Origin: Chloroherpetonaceae bacterium
GTDB lineage: Bacteria > Bacteroidota > Chlorobiia > Chlorobiales > Thermochlorobacteraceae
Length of the DNA stretch: 64,000 nt
Assembly: GCA_046292465.1 (NCBI GenBank)
Contig: JBKBRB010000005.1
Coordinates: 22,536-86,535, forward strand
Direction: 5' to 3'
This document shows, in pieces, positions 10,427-20,120 of this stretch (the first letter of the stretch is position 1; each line of letters opens with the position of its first letter). The notes under the pieces were generated by a model. That model did not search any database, was not told the DNA's origin, and saw only the letters and a program-made list of their open reading frames with translations. The position numbers were made by a program, and so were the translations under genes.

Positions 10427-12711
10427 TGCGTTTGTTTGTTTTGTTGTTGGATTTTTTCAGATAGAGGCGTTGGCGGAAGTTCTCTACTTCCCCAATCGGT
10501 TGGCATATCGGTCATCTCAAAGTCGAGCGTTGCGCCGTTAGCAATTTCGCTGTGGCGAAGCCATGCGCGTTCAATCGGCATGCCGTTAAGTTTAAGCGAT
10601 TTCACATACACATTTTTTTCGGAGGCATTCGGCGCATTGATGATAAGCGCGTTTCCATTTTCAAGTTTCATGACGACTTTGGTAAAGACAGGACTTCCGA
10701 CGAAATACCAATCTTGTCCTGCATTTGGGAACAATCCGAGCGACGCCCACACATACCATGCAGAAAGCGTGCCCGAATCGTCGTTGCCCTTGTAGCCATC
10801 AGGCGCGACGCGAAAATCTCTTTTGAGAATATCTCTTGTAAAGAGTTGCACTCTATCGGCTTTGCCGGCGTAGATGTATTGCCATACAGTAAGCATATCA
10901 GGCTCGTTCCAAATCGTGAAGTAGCCTTCTTTGTCGCGATTCGTGAGCATTGTATCCCACTTGGCAATAAACTTTTCTTTGCCGCCAAGCAAGGCGATAA
11001 GCCGATAAAAATCATGCGGCACATAGCCCAAGTATTGCCACGCCGCGCCTTCGTAGTAATGCACTTCATAACTCCATACTTGACCTTCGGGGAAAATCAT
11101 CGTTGGCTTAAAAGGCTCAACCCATTTTCCGTCGGAGCGTTTCGGTCGGAAAAATCCTGTTGTCGTATCGAAGAGTTCAAAGACTTTTGAGGCGCGTTCG
11201 AGTGCAAACTTTGCCGATTCGCCTTTGCCAATCGCGTTAGCGAGCGCATAAACACAATAATCGTTGTAAGCATATTCGAGCGATTTGCTAACGGAAACCC
11301 ACTGTTTATCGGCGTAGAGAAATCCTTGTCGGAGATATTCGGGAAAGCGTCCTTTGCGCGCATTGATGCTTGGCTTATCGCCTGTGGTATCGGTAGCATT
11401 TTTCATCACATATTTGAAGGCTCTTTCGTAATCGACGCCTTGAAGTTTTTTGACGGCGGCATCGGCGAAGAGCACATCGGCATTGGTGCCGCCTTGCATT
11501 GAGGTGAAGGCGTTGCCTGTAAATCCGTCAGGAAGCCAGCCGCGATTGTCGGCAATATCCAAGAGCGCATTGAGCAAGTCTTTTTGAAGCGACGGAAGCC
11601 AAAGCGTAAAGAATGGATTTTGTGTGCGGTAAGTGTCCCAAATTGCGAAGTAGTTTGTGAAGGCTTTGCCTGTGGTTTTGAAACTGTCGGGCGTTTCGCC
11701 TGTGATGTCGGTTGGCATGAGGCACATGCGGTAAAGCGCGGTGTAAAAGAGCGTTTGTTCTGCTTCGCTTCCGCCTTGAATTTGAATTTTGTTTAAGAGT
11801 TCGTTCCAAGCGGTTTCCACTTGTGCGGCAATGCGGTTGAAGGTTGTGCTTTTTTCTTCAATGGCGCGAATGTAGTTATCGCTGTTTTGAAAACTCTTGT
11901 AGGAAATCGCGCTCGTGAGTTCAATGACTTCTTCGTCTTTATCAGCAATCCAACCGAGAATTGCGCCACACTCTTCGCTGTCTTCGGCTTGAATGGATTG
12001 AAGGTCGGAACGGATTTCAGACTGCTTATCGGAGAGCCTATAAACGGCGATGAAATCAGGTTTCTTGGACGGCTTTGCAGAAAAGAACGCTTGCATTTCT
12101 TTAGGGTCTGAACCGAATCCGCCATAAAAAACACCATGTCCGTGAATTATTCCGTCGTTGCCGATGCTGGCTTCAGAGCGTTTTGGCTTTTGTGGAAATG
12201 ACGCGCGCGACATGTTGAAAAGCAATTTCAGCGTATCACCTTTTGCATTTTGCTTGAAGGTGTAGCGGTGATGAGCGGTGCGTGCAGTAGCGGTGAGTTC
12301 GACCTGCACATTGGGTTTAGTGAGCCATGTGGCATAGTAGCCGGGCTTGCCGCGCTCGTTTGTTCGTGGCGATTTATAGCCGAAGTTTTCAAGCGTGGTG
12401 GAATTGCGCACAGGCATAACGAGGAAATTTCCGTATTCGGCGCATCCAATGCCGCTGACTTGATTGTGCACAAATCCAATGATGAACGAATCGGCGTGAT
12501 TGTATCCCATGTTAATCCAATCTTGCGTCTCGGTATGAGGCGAGAGCGCAATCATGCCGAAGGGCGTGGTTGCACCGGGGTGGACATTGCCTCCGGCGGT
12601 TGTGCCGATGAAGACATCAACTTGTTTAGCGACGGAGTTTGCGACCTCTTTTGCGGGTGGCGCGCATGAGAGCGCAGTTGTTAGAAAGAGTGTTAGTAAT
12701 CCCAATCTCAT
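10423..12711 (-). CDS. GH92 alpha-mannosidase family lipoprotein
   Basis: VDVFIGT, IWDTYR, YEGAAWQY, WNEP and GNDDSGTLSAWYV motifs. Lipobox ALSC. Stop overlaps the GH3 start (ATGA). Start chosen at ATG 12711; the ORF track gives 12756. Confidence 0.9.
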   Translation of the reverse strand: MRLGLLTLFLTTALSCAPPAKEVANSVAKQVDVFIGTTAGGNVHPGATTPFGMIALSPHTETQDWINMGYNHADSFIIGFVHNQVSGIGCAEYGNFLVMPVRNSTTLENFGYKSPRTNERGKPGYYATWLTKPNVQVELTATARTAHHRYTFKQNAKGDTLKLLFNMSRASFPQKPKRSEASIGNDGIIHGHGVFYGGFGSDPKEMQAFFSAKPSKKPDFIAVYRLSDKQSEIRSDLQSIQAEDSEECGAILGWIADKDEEVIELTSAISYKSFQNSDNYIRAIEEKSTTFNRIAAQVETAWNELLNKIQIQGGSEAEQTLFYTALYRMCLMPTDITGETPDSFKTTGKAFTNYFAIWDTYRTQNPFFTLWLPSLQKDLLNALLDIADNRGWLPDGFTGNAFTSMQGGTNADVLFADAAVKKLQGVDYERAFKYVMKNATDTTGDKPSINARKGRFPEYLRQGFLYADKQWVSVSKSLEYAYNDYCVYALANAIGKGESAKFALERASKVFELFDTTTGFFRPKRSDGKWVEPFKPTMIFPEGQVWSYEVHYYEGAAWQYLGYVPHDFYRLIALLGGKEKFIAKWDTMLTNRDKEGYFTIWNEPDMLTVWQYIYAGKADRVQLFTRDILKRDFRVAPDGYKGNDDSGTLSAWYVWASLGLFPNAGQDWYFVGSPVFTKVVMKLENGNALIINAPNASEKNVYVKSLKLNGMPIERAWLRHSEIANGATLDFEMTDMPTDWGSRELPPTPLSEKIQQQNKQTQ

Positions 12712-12830
12712 TCTTGCTGAAATAAACTCACCCTGCTCGCTGGCTTTTCCCGACAAGCAGGGTGAGCGTTTGTCTAACTTCTAAACAAGGTGGCGCGCAG
12801 AGAACATACTTTCCCCACACGCCCAAATCG

Positions 12831-15800
12831 TTATTTCACCAGCATCATTTTTCTTGTTTGCACGAAATCGCCGGCTTGCAAGCGATAGAAGTAGATGCCA
12901 CTTGCAAGGTTTGTCGCGTTGAACTGCACGGTGTATTCACCAGCGGCTTGGCGACCGTTGACGAGCGTTGCGACTTCGCGACCCAAAATATCATAGATTT
13001 TCAGGCTTACGTTGCCGGCATTAGCAATTGAATACCGAATCGTCGTTGTCGGGTTGAACGGATTCGGATAGTTTTGCGAAAGCGTATAGGACTTTGCCTT
13101 GTTGCTTGTCTTTTGCACACTTAACTGTTGAGCAAGCGGGTTGCGGATTGTTTTTGAAGCAATCGCAAATTGTCCGAACTCGTTGCCTGAAAGGTTAAAG
13201 GCTTTGAGATAATCGCCGTCGCGGTAGGTCGTCAGCGGTTTCCAAGGCGACGATGCATTCGGGCGATAGGCGATGTAGAGATTTTGCGGACGAACAATGC
13301 CTGTGAGCGCGCCGCAGTAAATTGAGATATCGAAGCGGGTTGATGCGCTTAATCCTGTTTGGTTGATTGTCCACACCCGACCAGGTATCACAAAGTGCTC
13401 GTTGCCATCGCCATCGTTAATGCGATAGACATTGTGAATGCCGACTGTATCATTGACCGAAAAGACCGGTTCAGGCGCAATCGTTCCAACAGAGGCACTA
13501 ATGCTTCCGTCTGTCGTTGAGCCGCGTTGGATTTCAATAAAGGCATTTGTATTTCCTAAGATGTAGGTGCCTTCGCCTGCTGCGCCTGATGCGACACTCG
13601 GAGTTGCCGATGTGCTTCTGCGGTTTGTTACAGGAATAGGATCATCGTTGGCAACAATTGAACGAATGAAGATATCGCCCACGAAACGCGGCGCAGAAGT
13701 TGTATAGACTGGAATGTAGTCGCCACCAACATTGTCTGGACCACGATTACCAACAACGCGTGCTTCACGGTCAGGGTCGTCGAAGTTGTGGCGATAGGTC
13801 ATGCCTGCAATTAAACCGGGATTGACTGTAATGTCCATATACTCGATTTGTGTGCTGTCGACCGTGTAAGCCGCATTTACACCGAATCCAAACACATTTC
13901 CGTAATCGAGTCCTCTGAAGTTGTTCGTAAAGTCGAAGATATACTCGTGATATTTTCCATCGGCAATGAGTGTAACCATGCGTTCGGGTTCGTTAGAGTA
14001 GCGGCGACCGCCGTTTGTTGCGCGACGTTGATAAAGCGTATCGCCATTTGGGAACACATAAGGCGGACGGGTTGCATCGGTCAGGATTACGCTGAGCGTC
14101 GGCGCAATATCGCGTTGGAATCGGTTGGTGTTTTCAGCATCGGTTTTGGCAATCACATGGAGCACTTTTGCGCGGCTCAAATTGACAGGCGTGGTGTCGG
14201 TTGCCGATGATTTGAAGTATTTGCGAATCGCGTCGCGTCCGCCACCGAGCGTATCAGGAAGCCCTCCCGGCAAATCAGTTCGTCCTTGCGGCAAGCCATT
14301 GATGCCGACTAAACCGCTTGTTCCGATTTTAAGCGCTGGTTGTCCTTCGTCTGTAACCCAGTTGAGCGTGTATCGGTCGCGCGTCGGCTCTCCGCCGAAA
14401 ATATCCAGAACGCTCCAACCATTAAGCAAGGTATCGCTGACGGAGAAGTCATCCAGCACAACACTTTGAGGCGCAGTATTTGCAGGTACGCCGATATTGT
14501 ATTTCAAACTCAAATACTGCTCGACTTGTGCAATTTCAGATGGCGATAAGACTCGGTTATAGACTAACACTTCGGCAATATCGTTTTGACCGTAGCCTGT
14601 GTTGTCAATCAGCGACCCGAGCCGTATACGCGATGTGTTTCCGATTCCCGTGAGCGTTGAGGTTAAAATTGCGAATTGATTTTCAGATAATGCAGGCGAA
14701 CCTGCTACACCGTTTGTTGAAAGGGTTGCTGTTCCAGAACCGCCGACCACATTAAACTGGCGTGTTCCGCCATTAGACATCGCATAATAGCCTGCCTCAT
14801 TGGAGAGCAATCCTTCGGGTGAACTTGGGTTGATGGTCGAACGACGATTTGCAGCGACCGCAAAAACGGTTGCATTGCCTGTAAGCGGCAAGGCTGTTGC
14901 CATCGTGTCGTTTACACCATCGAAGCGCATCACGACAAATCCTCTGCCTTGTGTGCCGTTATTGGCAATGGTTGGGCGTGCGTCGCCTGCCGAGCGCATG
15001 TGGTTGCGTGCTCCAGACGCATCGAGCCAAATGTTGGCTGGCTGACCGGTCAGTGTAACATTGCTTGATTCTAATTTGAGCCACAGTTCCAAGCCGTTTG
15101 ACGGAATGCCCGAAATCGGCGGTCGCACCAGTGGAATGTTATACTTGTTGCTCAAATAAAGCTCAATTTCATCGAGTTCAAGCTCGGAGAGCGTGCGTCC
15201 ATAAATGATGACTTCTGCAATGTCGTTTGACCCAGCACGAACCGAATCACGAAGCGCACCGAGGATGAGCGGTGAGCCGCTGCCAAGCGTGTTCGTAACT
15301 CCTTTCAATTCATACACCACAATCGCAAATTCGTCATATCCAAGTTCTCTCGATGTTTCTGACCCATTTTTTCGAATCCTTGGAGTACCGTTATTGCCAA
15401 TTCCACTCTCGCCGTGAATTCTGCGTCCGTCTTGCGACACATAACTGTTATAGGTTGAAAAGGCAAATCCCGTAGCTGGGTAGTCAGTTTTCGTGCCTAA
15501 CACCACATCGACAGTGTTTGGAGGCAACGGTGGATTTCCAGAACGCCTGTTAGCCAGAACGACAATAGCTGTTGCATCTGACTCCGTTGCCACATCCACC
15601 TTCATCAGCGGCTGGTCCTTCGTTGTCCCACCATTTCCAGTAAACCTGACCACAGGTTTGCCATTGATGCGATTTGTTACAAAGGTCGGGCGATATATGC
15701 CGGTTGAAGTCGCATTAGGCGTGTTATCGAAACCTGGCCAAGTCGACACCGAATCTCCATCGTTTAATCCCGTAATTCCATCGGCTTTTAGCCACACCAA

Positions 15801-16640
15801 TAAACCATCTTCACGAGGCGGTGGTGGCAGCACAAAGTTATACTTTTGAGCCAAATAATTCTCGACTTGAACCGTTTCATTCAAGTTCAAGATGCGGTCG
15901 TAAAGGAGAATTTCCGCAATATCGTGCCGACCTGAACGCATCGAGTCGCGCAATGCATTGATGACCAACGGGCTACCGCTTCCACCTGTGTTTTCAACAC
16001 CTGAAAGCTTAAAGGTCATAATCACAAACTCATTTTCTTCCAGTGTTGGTGCTGCATTACGATTCTTTTTGATGGTTGCTGTACCATTGTTGCCTAATGT
16101 TCCACCCTCAGCACGAATCTCGCGTCCATCTCGTGAGACGTAACTGTTGTAAGAAGAAATTCCAAATCCTGTTGTGGGATAGTCGTTCTTCGTTGCCATC
16201 AATACGTCGACAGTTTGATCCTGCAGTGGCGGCGTGCCTGGTCGCGTGTTCGCAAACACAGCAAATGCCGTTACATTCGAGCCTGTTGAAACACCTTGAA
16301 CAACCATCAAAGGCTGGTCTTTTGTCCAACTTCCATTTCCCAAAAAACGCACCACTTTTTTAGGCTGACCATTGATGTTGACCTGCATAAGCATTGGAAT
16401 ATGAACGCCTGATGACGCTGCTGATGGACCTACCACAGCGGGCCAACTTGCCACAGGCGTCCCGTCTGAACCTGTGAGTGTATCGGCTTTCAGCCAGAGT
16501 TGAAGCCCATTGGTTGGAACTTGTGCAAGCAGAGATTGGGCAAAACACAGCAGGAAGGCAAGCGCAGTAAGCGTTCCAAGTGTTTTTTGTTTCAAGGGTG
16601 AAACCGACTTGGACGCACGAAGAAGCGTAGCGTTTGTCAT
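12831..16640 (-). CDS. T9SS type A CTD protein with three LamG/concanavalin-like repeats and unassigned domains
   Basis: Signal peptide; three repeats of GLxxWLKxD...DIAEVxxYxRxL...YLxxKY; C-terminal [12 protein letters not shown]...GIYFYRL...RKMMLVK. Confidence 0.85.
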   Translation of the reverse strand: MTNATLLRASKSVSPLKQKTLGTLTALAFLLCFAQSLLAQVPTNGLQLWLKADTLTGSDGTPVASWPAVVGPSAASSGVHIPMLMQVNINGQPKKVVRFLGNGSWTKDQPLMVVQGVSTGSNVTAFAVFANTRPGTPPLQDQTVDVLMATKNDYPTTGFGISSYNSYVSRDGREIRAEGGTLGNNGTATIKKNRNAAPTLEENEFVIMTFKLSGVENTGGSGSPLVINALRDSMRSGRHDIAEILLYDRILNLNETVQVENYLAQKYNFVLPPPPREDGLLVWLKADGITGLNDGDSVSTWPGFDNTPNATSTGIYRPTFVTNRINGKPVVRFTGNGGTTKDQPLMKVDVATESDATAIVVLANRRSGNPPLPPNTVDVVLGTKTDYPATGFAFSTYNSYVSQDGRRIHGESGIGNNGTPRIRKNGSETSRELGYDEFAIVVYELKGVTNTLGSGSPLILGALRDSVRAGSNDIAEVIIYGRTLSELELDEIELYLSNKYNIPLVRPPISGIPSNGLELWLKLESSNVTLTGQPANIWLDASGARNHMRSAGDARPTIANNGTQGRGFVVMRFDGVNDTMATALPLTGNATVFAVAANRRSTINPSSPEGLLSNEAGYYAMSNGGTRQFNVVGGSGTATLSTNGVAGSPALSENQFAILTSTLTGIGNTSRIRLGSLIDNTGYGQNDIAEVLVYNRVLSPSEIAQVEQYLSLKYNIGVPANTAPQSVVLDDFSVSDTLLNGWSVLDIFGGEPTRDRYTLNWVTDEGQPALKIGTSGLVGINGLPQGRTDLPGGLPDTLGGGRDAIRKYFKSSATDTTPVNLSRAKVLHVIAKTDAENTNRFQRDIAPTLSVILTDATRPPYVFPNGDTLYQRRATNGGRRYSNEPERMVTLIADGKYHEYIFDFTNNFRGLDYGNVFGFGVNAAYTVDSTQIEYMDITVNPGLIAGMTYRHNFDDPDREARVVGNRGPDNVGGDYIPVYTTSAPRFVGDIFIRSIVANDDPIPVTNRRSTSATPSVASGAAGEGTYILGNTNAFIEIQRGSTTDGSISASVGTIAPEPVFSVNDTVGIHNVYRINDGDGNEHFVIPGRVWTINQTGLSASTRFDISIYCGALTGIVRPQNLYIAYRPNASSPWKPLTTYRDGDYLKAFNLSGNEFGQFAIASKTIRNPLAQQLSVQKTSNKAKSYTLSQNYPNPFNPTTTIRYSIANAGNVSLKIYDILGREVATLVNGRQAAGEYTVQFNATNLASGIYFYRLQAGDFVQTRKMMLVK

Positions 16641-16730
16641 AGTTTGAACAAAGGTTTGTCGTTAATTAAGGAAGAAGACTTCAAAGAAAACTCTCAATGT
16701 TGTAGTGATACGATTAAAACTTGCTTGTTT

Positions 16731-16749
16731 ATTTAATCGTTTAACAGCG
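16731..16749 (-). promoter_or_regulatory. Candidate operator (LacI-like), copy 1
   Basis: ATTTAATCGTTTAACAGCG, identical to 27061-27079; quasi-palindromic core TTAAaCGaTTAA. Confidence 0.7.
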
Positions 16750-16787
16750 TTGCAAGTTAATTTTTTTCCATTCAATTCCAAAAGCGA

Positions 16788-17681
16788 TTAGCATGCGGTC
16801 AGCATTGCCGCACCGAAGACGCCCGCACTATCACCAAGCAAAGGTTTTACAATTTTTGTCTCGAGTGTATGATTAAAGACATATCGCTTTGTTGCTTCGA
16901 CGCCGTCGGTGTAAAGCAGGTCGATGTTGCCCACGCCGCCGCCCAACACAATCACATCGGGGTCTAAAATGTTGATGACGGTGGCAATGGCTTTTCCAAA
17001 ATTTTCGGTTAGGCGACGCACAGTTGCCGTAGCGTGTTCATCTTCGGCGCGCAAATGCCGCTCGACAATGTCTTTTAGTTTTCTTGTTTGACCGCTTTGT
17101 TTTCGGTAGAAGCGCTCGAGCCAAACGCCTGACAAAACCGTTTCAACACAGCCGCGCTTTCCGCAATAACATTGTTCGCCGTTTTCTTCGAGCATGTTGT
17201 GCCCCCATTCGCCTGCAATGCCTTGCTTGCCGTTAAGCACTTTTCCATTGACGACGATTCCGCCGCCGACACCTGTTCCCATAATCACACCGAAAACGAC
17301 CGACGCACCTTTTCCTGCTCCCAGCGACGCTTCCGCTAAGGCAAAGCAGTTTGCGTCGTTTGCAATTTCAATGGGCAGTCCTAAACTTTCTTCTAAGTCG
17401 CGTTTGAAGGGTTTTCCGTTTAGGCAAACGGTATTGCTGTTTTTGAGCGTCTGTGTGGAGGGTTCGAGCGTGCCGGGTGTTCCGATTCCGATTGTCGTTG
17501 GTTGGCTTCCAACTTCGTTTGTAACCTCGCCAATCAGTCGTTTGATTTGCGCGAGAATATGCGCGTAGCCTTTCTTTGATTCCGTCGGCATGCGTTTTCG
17601 CGCCAGCGTGTGCGTGCTTGTTGGATTTTCCAAAACTGCACATTCAATTTTTGTTCCGCCTAAATCAATTCCCCAAAGCAT
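16788..17681 (-). CDS. ROK-family sugar kinase (Mak/fructo-mannokinase-like)
   Basis: GIDLGGTKIE, NDANCFALAE, GTGVGGG, GEWGH and CYCGKRGCVE motifs. Confidence 0.92.
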   Translation of the reverse strand: MLWGIDLGGTKIECAVLENPTSTHTLARKRMPTESKKGYAHILAQIKRLIGEVTNEVGSQPTTIGIGTPGTLEPSTQTLKNSNTVCLNGKPFKRDLEESLGLPIEIANDANCFALAEASLGAGKGASVVFGVIMGTGVGGGIVVNGKVLNGKQGIAGEWGHNMLEENGEQCYCGKRGCVETVLSGVWLERFYRKQSGQTRKLKDIVERHLRAEDEHATATVRRLTENFGKAIATVINILDPDVIVLGGGVGNIDLLYTDGVEATKRYVFNHTLETKIVKPLLGDSAGVFGAAMLTAC

Positions 17682-17684
17682 TGT

Positions 17685-18992
17685 TCAAGCCTGTTCGATT
17701 TTTCCGTGCACGGAGCCTTTGAAGCCGTAATAAACAATGTAGAGATAGCAAATCGCTGGAAGCAAGAACGCGCTTTGCAAACCTGACGAATCCGCGATTG
17801 CGCCCATCGCGACGGGCAAAAGCGCGCCGCCAACAATCGACATAATCAAGATGCTCGAGCCTGCATTGGTGAGCTTTCCGAGACCGTCGATGCCGAGCGT
17901 GAAAATGGTTGGGAACATAATCGAGTTGAACAGTCCGATGGAAAGCACCGTCCACATTGCGAATGCGCCTGATGAAAAGGTTGCTGTTAATGCAAGCAGT
18001 GCCGCCACACCTGCAAAGATGCCGAGCAAAACCCCCGCCCGAATTTTTTGCAAAAGTGCCGAGCCGATGAACCGACCAACCATTGCTCCGCCCCAATAGT
18101 AAGAGACATAGTTTGCTGCCTCGGCTTCCTTCAAACCTTGAATCTCGGACAAGCCGATGAAGTTGATAAGAAAACTTCCGATGGAAACTTCTGCGCCGAC
18201 ATACACAAAAATTCCAACTGCACCAAGCGCGAGATGCGGCACTTTAAGCGCCTCACCAAATGCACTTTCCTTTTCCACATCTTTTTCAGACTCGCCCTCA
18301 ACGGTTTCAATTTTGGGAAGATTAAAGAGCGCAATCACGCCCGCAAGTGCAAAGAGCGCGAGCGCAAGTCCGATGTAAGGCAGTTGCACCGACGCTGCCT
18401 CTGCAAGTTTGTAAGCATAAAGTTCTTCAGGCGAAAGCGTTTTGAGTTCTTCTGCGGTTTTTGCTGCCGAGTTCAAAATGAGCAACCCGCCGAAATACGG
18501 CGCCACCGTTGTGCCAAGCGAATTGAACGCTTGTGCAAGATTCAATCGGCTTGATGCGGTTTCAGGCTTGCCGAGCACGGACACATATGGATTTGCTGCT
18601 ACTTGCAGAATCGTAATGCCTGACGCAAGGATAAACAATGCGCCTAAAAAGAGCGGATACGCTAAGGTTGCCGCCGCCGGAAAAAAGAGCAACGCCCCTA
18701 TGCCCGCTGTGCATAGCCCGACCACGATTCCGCGCTTATAGCCAACCCACGCAATCACTTTTCCCGCAGGTAGCGACATCAGGAAATACGCCGAAAAAAA
18801 TGTGAATTGAATAAGCGCCGATTGCACATAGTTCAGGTCAAACACGGCTTTGAGGTGTGGAATTAAAATATCGTTCAAGCATGTGAGAAATCCCCACATA
18901 AAGAAAAGCCCTGTTACGACGATGAACGCCGGCGTGTAGTTCTTTTCAGAACTTGCTGTCGTTGCACTTTCAGGTGTTGCGAGATTTGCCAT
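17685..18992 (-). CDS. MFS glucose/galactose (FucP/GluP family) permease
   Basis: LFFMWGF, LIPHLK, QVAANPY, RLNLAQAFN and YVGAEV motifs. Confidence 0.92.
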   Translation of the reverse strand: MANLATPESATTASSEKNYTPAFIVVTGLFFMWGFLTCLNDILIPHLKAVFDLNYVQSALIQFTFFSAYFLMSLPAGKVIAWVGYKRGIVVGLCTAGIGALLFFPAAATLAYPLFLGALFILASGITILQVAANPYVSVLGKPETASSRLNLAQAFNSLGTTVAPYFGGLLILNSAAKTAEELKTLSPEELYAYKLAEAASVQLPYIGLALALFALAGVIALFNLPKIETVEGESEKDVEKESAFGEALKVPHLALGAVGIFVYVGAEVSIGSFLINFIGLSEIQGLKEAEAANYVSYYWGGAMVGRFIGSALLQKIRAGVLLGIFAGVAALLALTATFSSGAFAMWTVLSIGLFNSIMFPTIFTLGIDGLGKLTNAGSSILIMSIVGGALLPVAMGAIADSSGLQSAFLLPAICYLYIVYYGFKGSVHGKIEQA

Positions 18993-19097
18993 TTTGTTTT
19001 TGGTTTGATACTTCGTTCCGATATGCTCTGTGCCAACAACTTTTTGGATTCTTCACTCCGCTTTGCTTTGTTCAGACTGACAAGTCTTCATGTCGGA

Positions 19098-20120
19098 TTA
19101 GAAAAGAAGCGAGAGCGAAAGCCACTGCGGTGCGTTCAAGCGTCCGTAGGATTGGTAAGTGTAATCTAACCGGAAGACGAGATAGCCGAGATTATATTTC
19201 AAGCCTGCACCGAGCGTGAAGCCGGCTTCTGCAAATTCGACGAAGAGTTGGTTATATCCTGCGCGAAGGAAGAGCATATCGCGCCAGCCGTATTCCATTC
19301 CAACATTTGCATGTGGCTGCATGTCGTTCGGATTGACAGCATCGAGCGCAAGGGTGAGTCGGTTGCTTGCGTCTTCGAGCACTTCGGTTGCAATGCCGAC
19401 CCTGAACATCAGCGGCAAGTTCCATGCATCGGTTGAAAGTTCAGCGGGAATGCCGTTGTTGTCTCCATTTAAGCCTGTGCCTGTTGAAGCCGTAATGAGC
19501 AAGGCGTTCCCGCGCATGCGCATTGTGCCGCCGAAGTTGTGCATCGTCGCCGCCAATCGGAATCGTTTTGAGACTTCGAACAAAACGCCTAAATCTATGG
19601 CAACCGTTTGTGCCGACGATTGATAGAGCGACTGTGAGATAAGTTTTGCAGTAATTCCGACCGAGAAGCGGTCTGTAAGAGGACGTGCGTAAGAGAGATT
19701 GAACGAGAGGTCAGAGGTTGAGAAAAATTCGCCTGTGCCGTCGGGGTCTCTTTCGGTGGTGCGTTCGATATCGCCAGAGGTCAGCAAGGTTACTGAGCCG
19801 CCGAATGTGCCACCATCGCCGAAGTTTGCGGTTGCGCCTGCCCAAGCAATGCGTGTATCGACGAGCCAGTTGGAGTGAATGAACGCTGTTTGCACGCGCT
19901 CGTTTCGCGCAATTGCGGCAGGATTCCAATAGAGCATGGAGACGTCGTTTTTCATTGCCGTAAATGCGCCGCCCATTGCCACGGCACGCGCGCCAATCCC
20001 AATGCCGAGAAATTGCGCTCCGGTTGTGCCGACTTTAGACTGCGCAAATGCGCTTTGGCACATCTCCAACAAGAGCACTAAAAGAACCCTTGAGTAAAGT
20101 TTTCTCATTGTCCGTGTCAT
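19098..20120 (-). CDS. PorV/PorQ-family outer-membrane beta-barrel
   Basis: Signal peptide, then FLGIGIGARAVAMGGA...YWNPA, typical of FadL/PorV-like barrels. Alternating beta-strand pattern; C-terminal Phe. Confidence 0.8.
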   Translation of the reverse strand: MTRTMRKLYSRVLLVLLLEMCQSAFAQSKVGTTGAQFLGIGIGARAVAMGGAFTAMKNDVSMLYWNPAAIARNERVQTAFIHSNWLVDTRIAWAGATANFGDGGTFGGSVTLLTSGDIERTTERDPDGTGEFFSTSDLSFNLSYARPLTDRFSVGITAKLISQSLYQSSAQTVAIDLGVLFEVSKRFRLAATMHNFGGTMRMRGNALLITASTGTGLNGDNNGIPAELSTDAWNLPLMFRVGIATEVLEDASNRLTLALDAVNPNDMQPHANVGMEYGWRDMLFLRAGYNQLFVEFAEAGFTLGAGLKYNLGYLVFRLDYTYQSYGRLNAPQWLSLSLLF

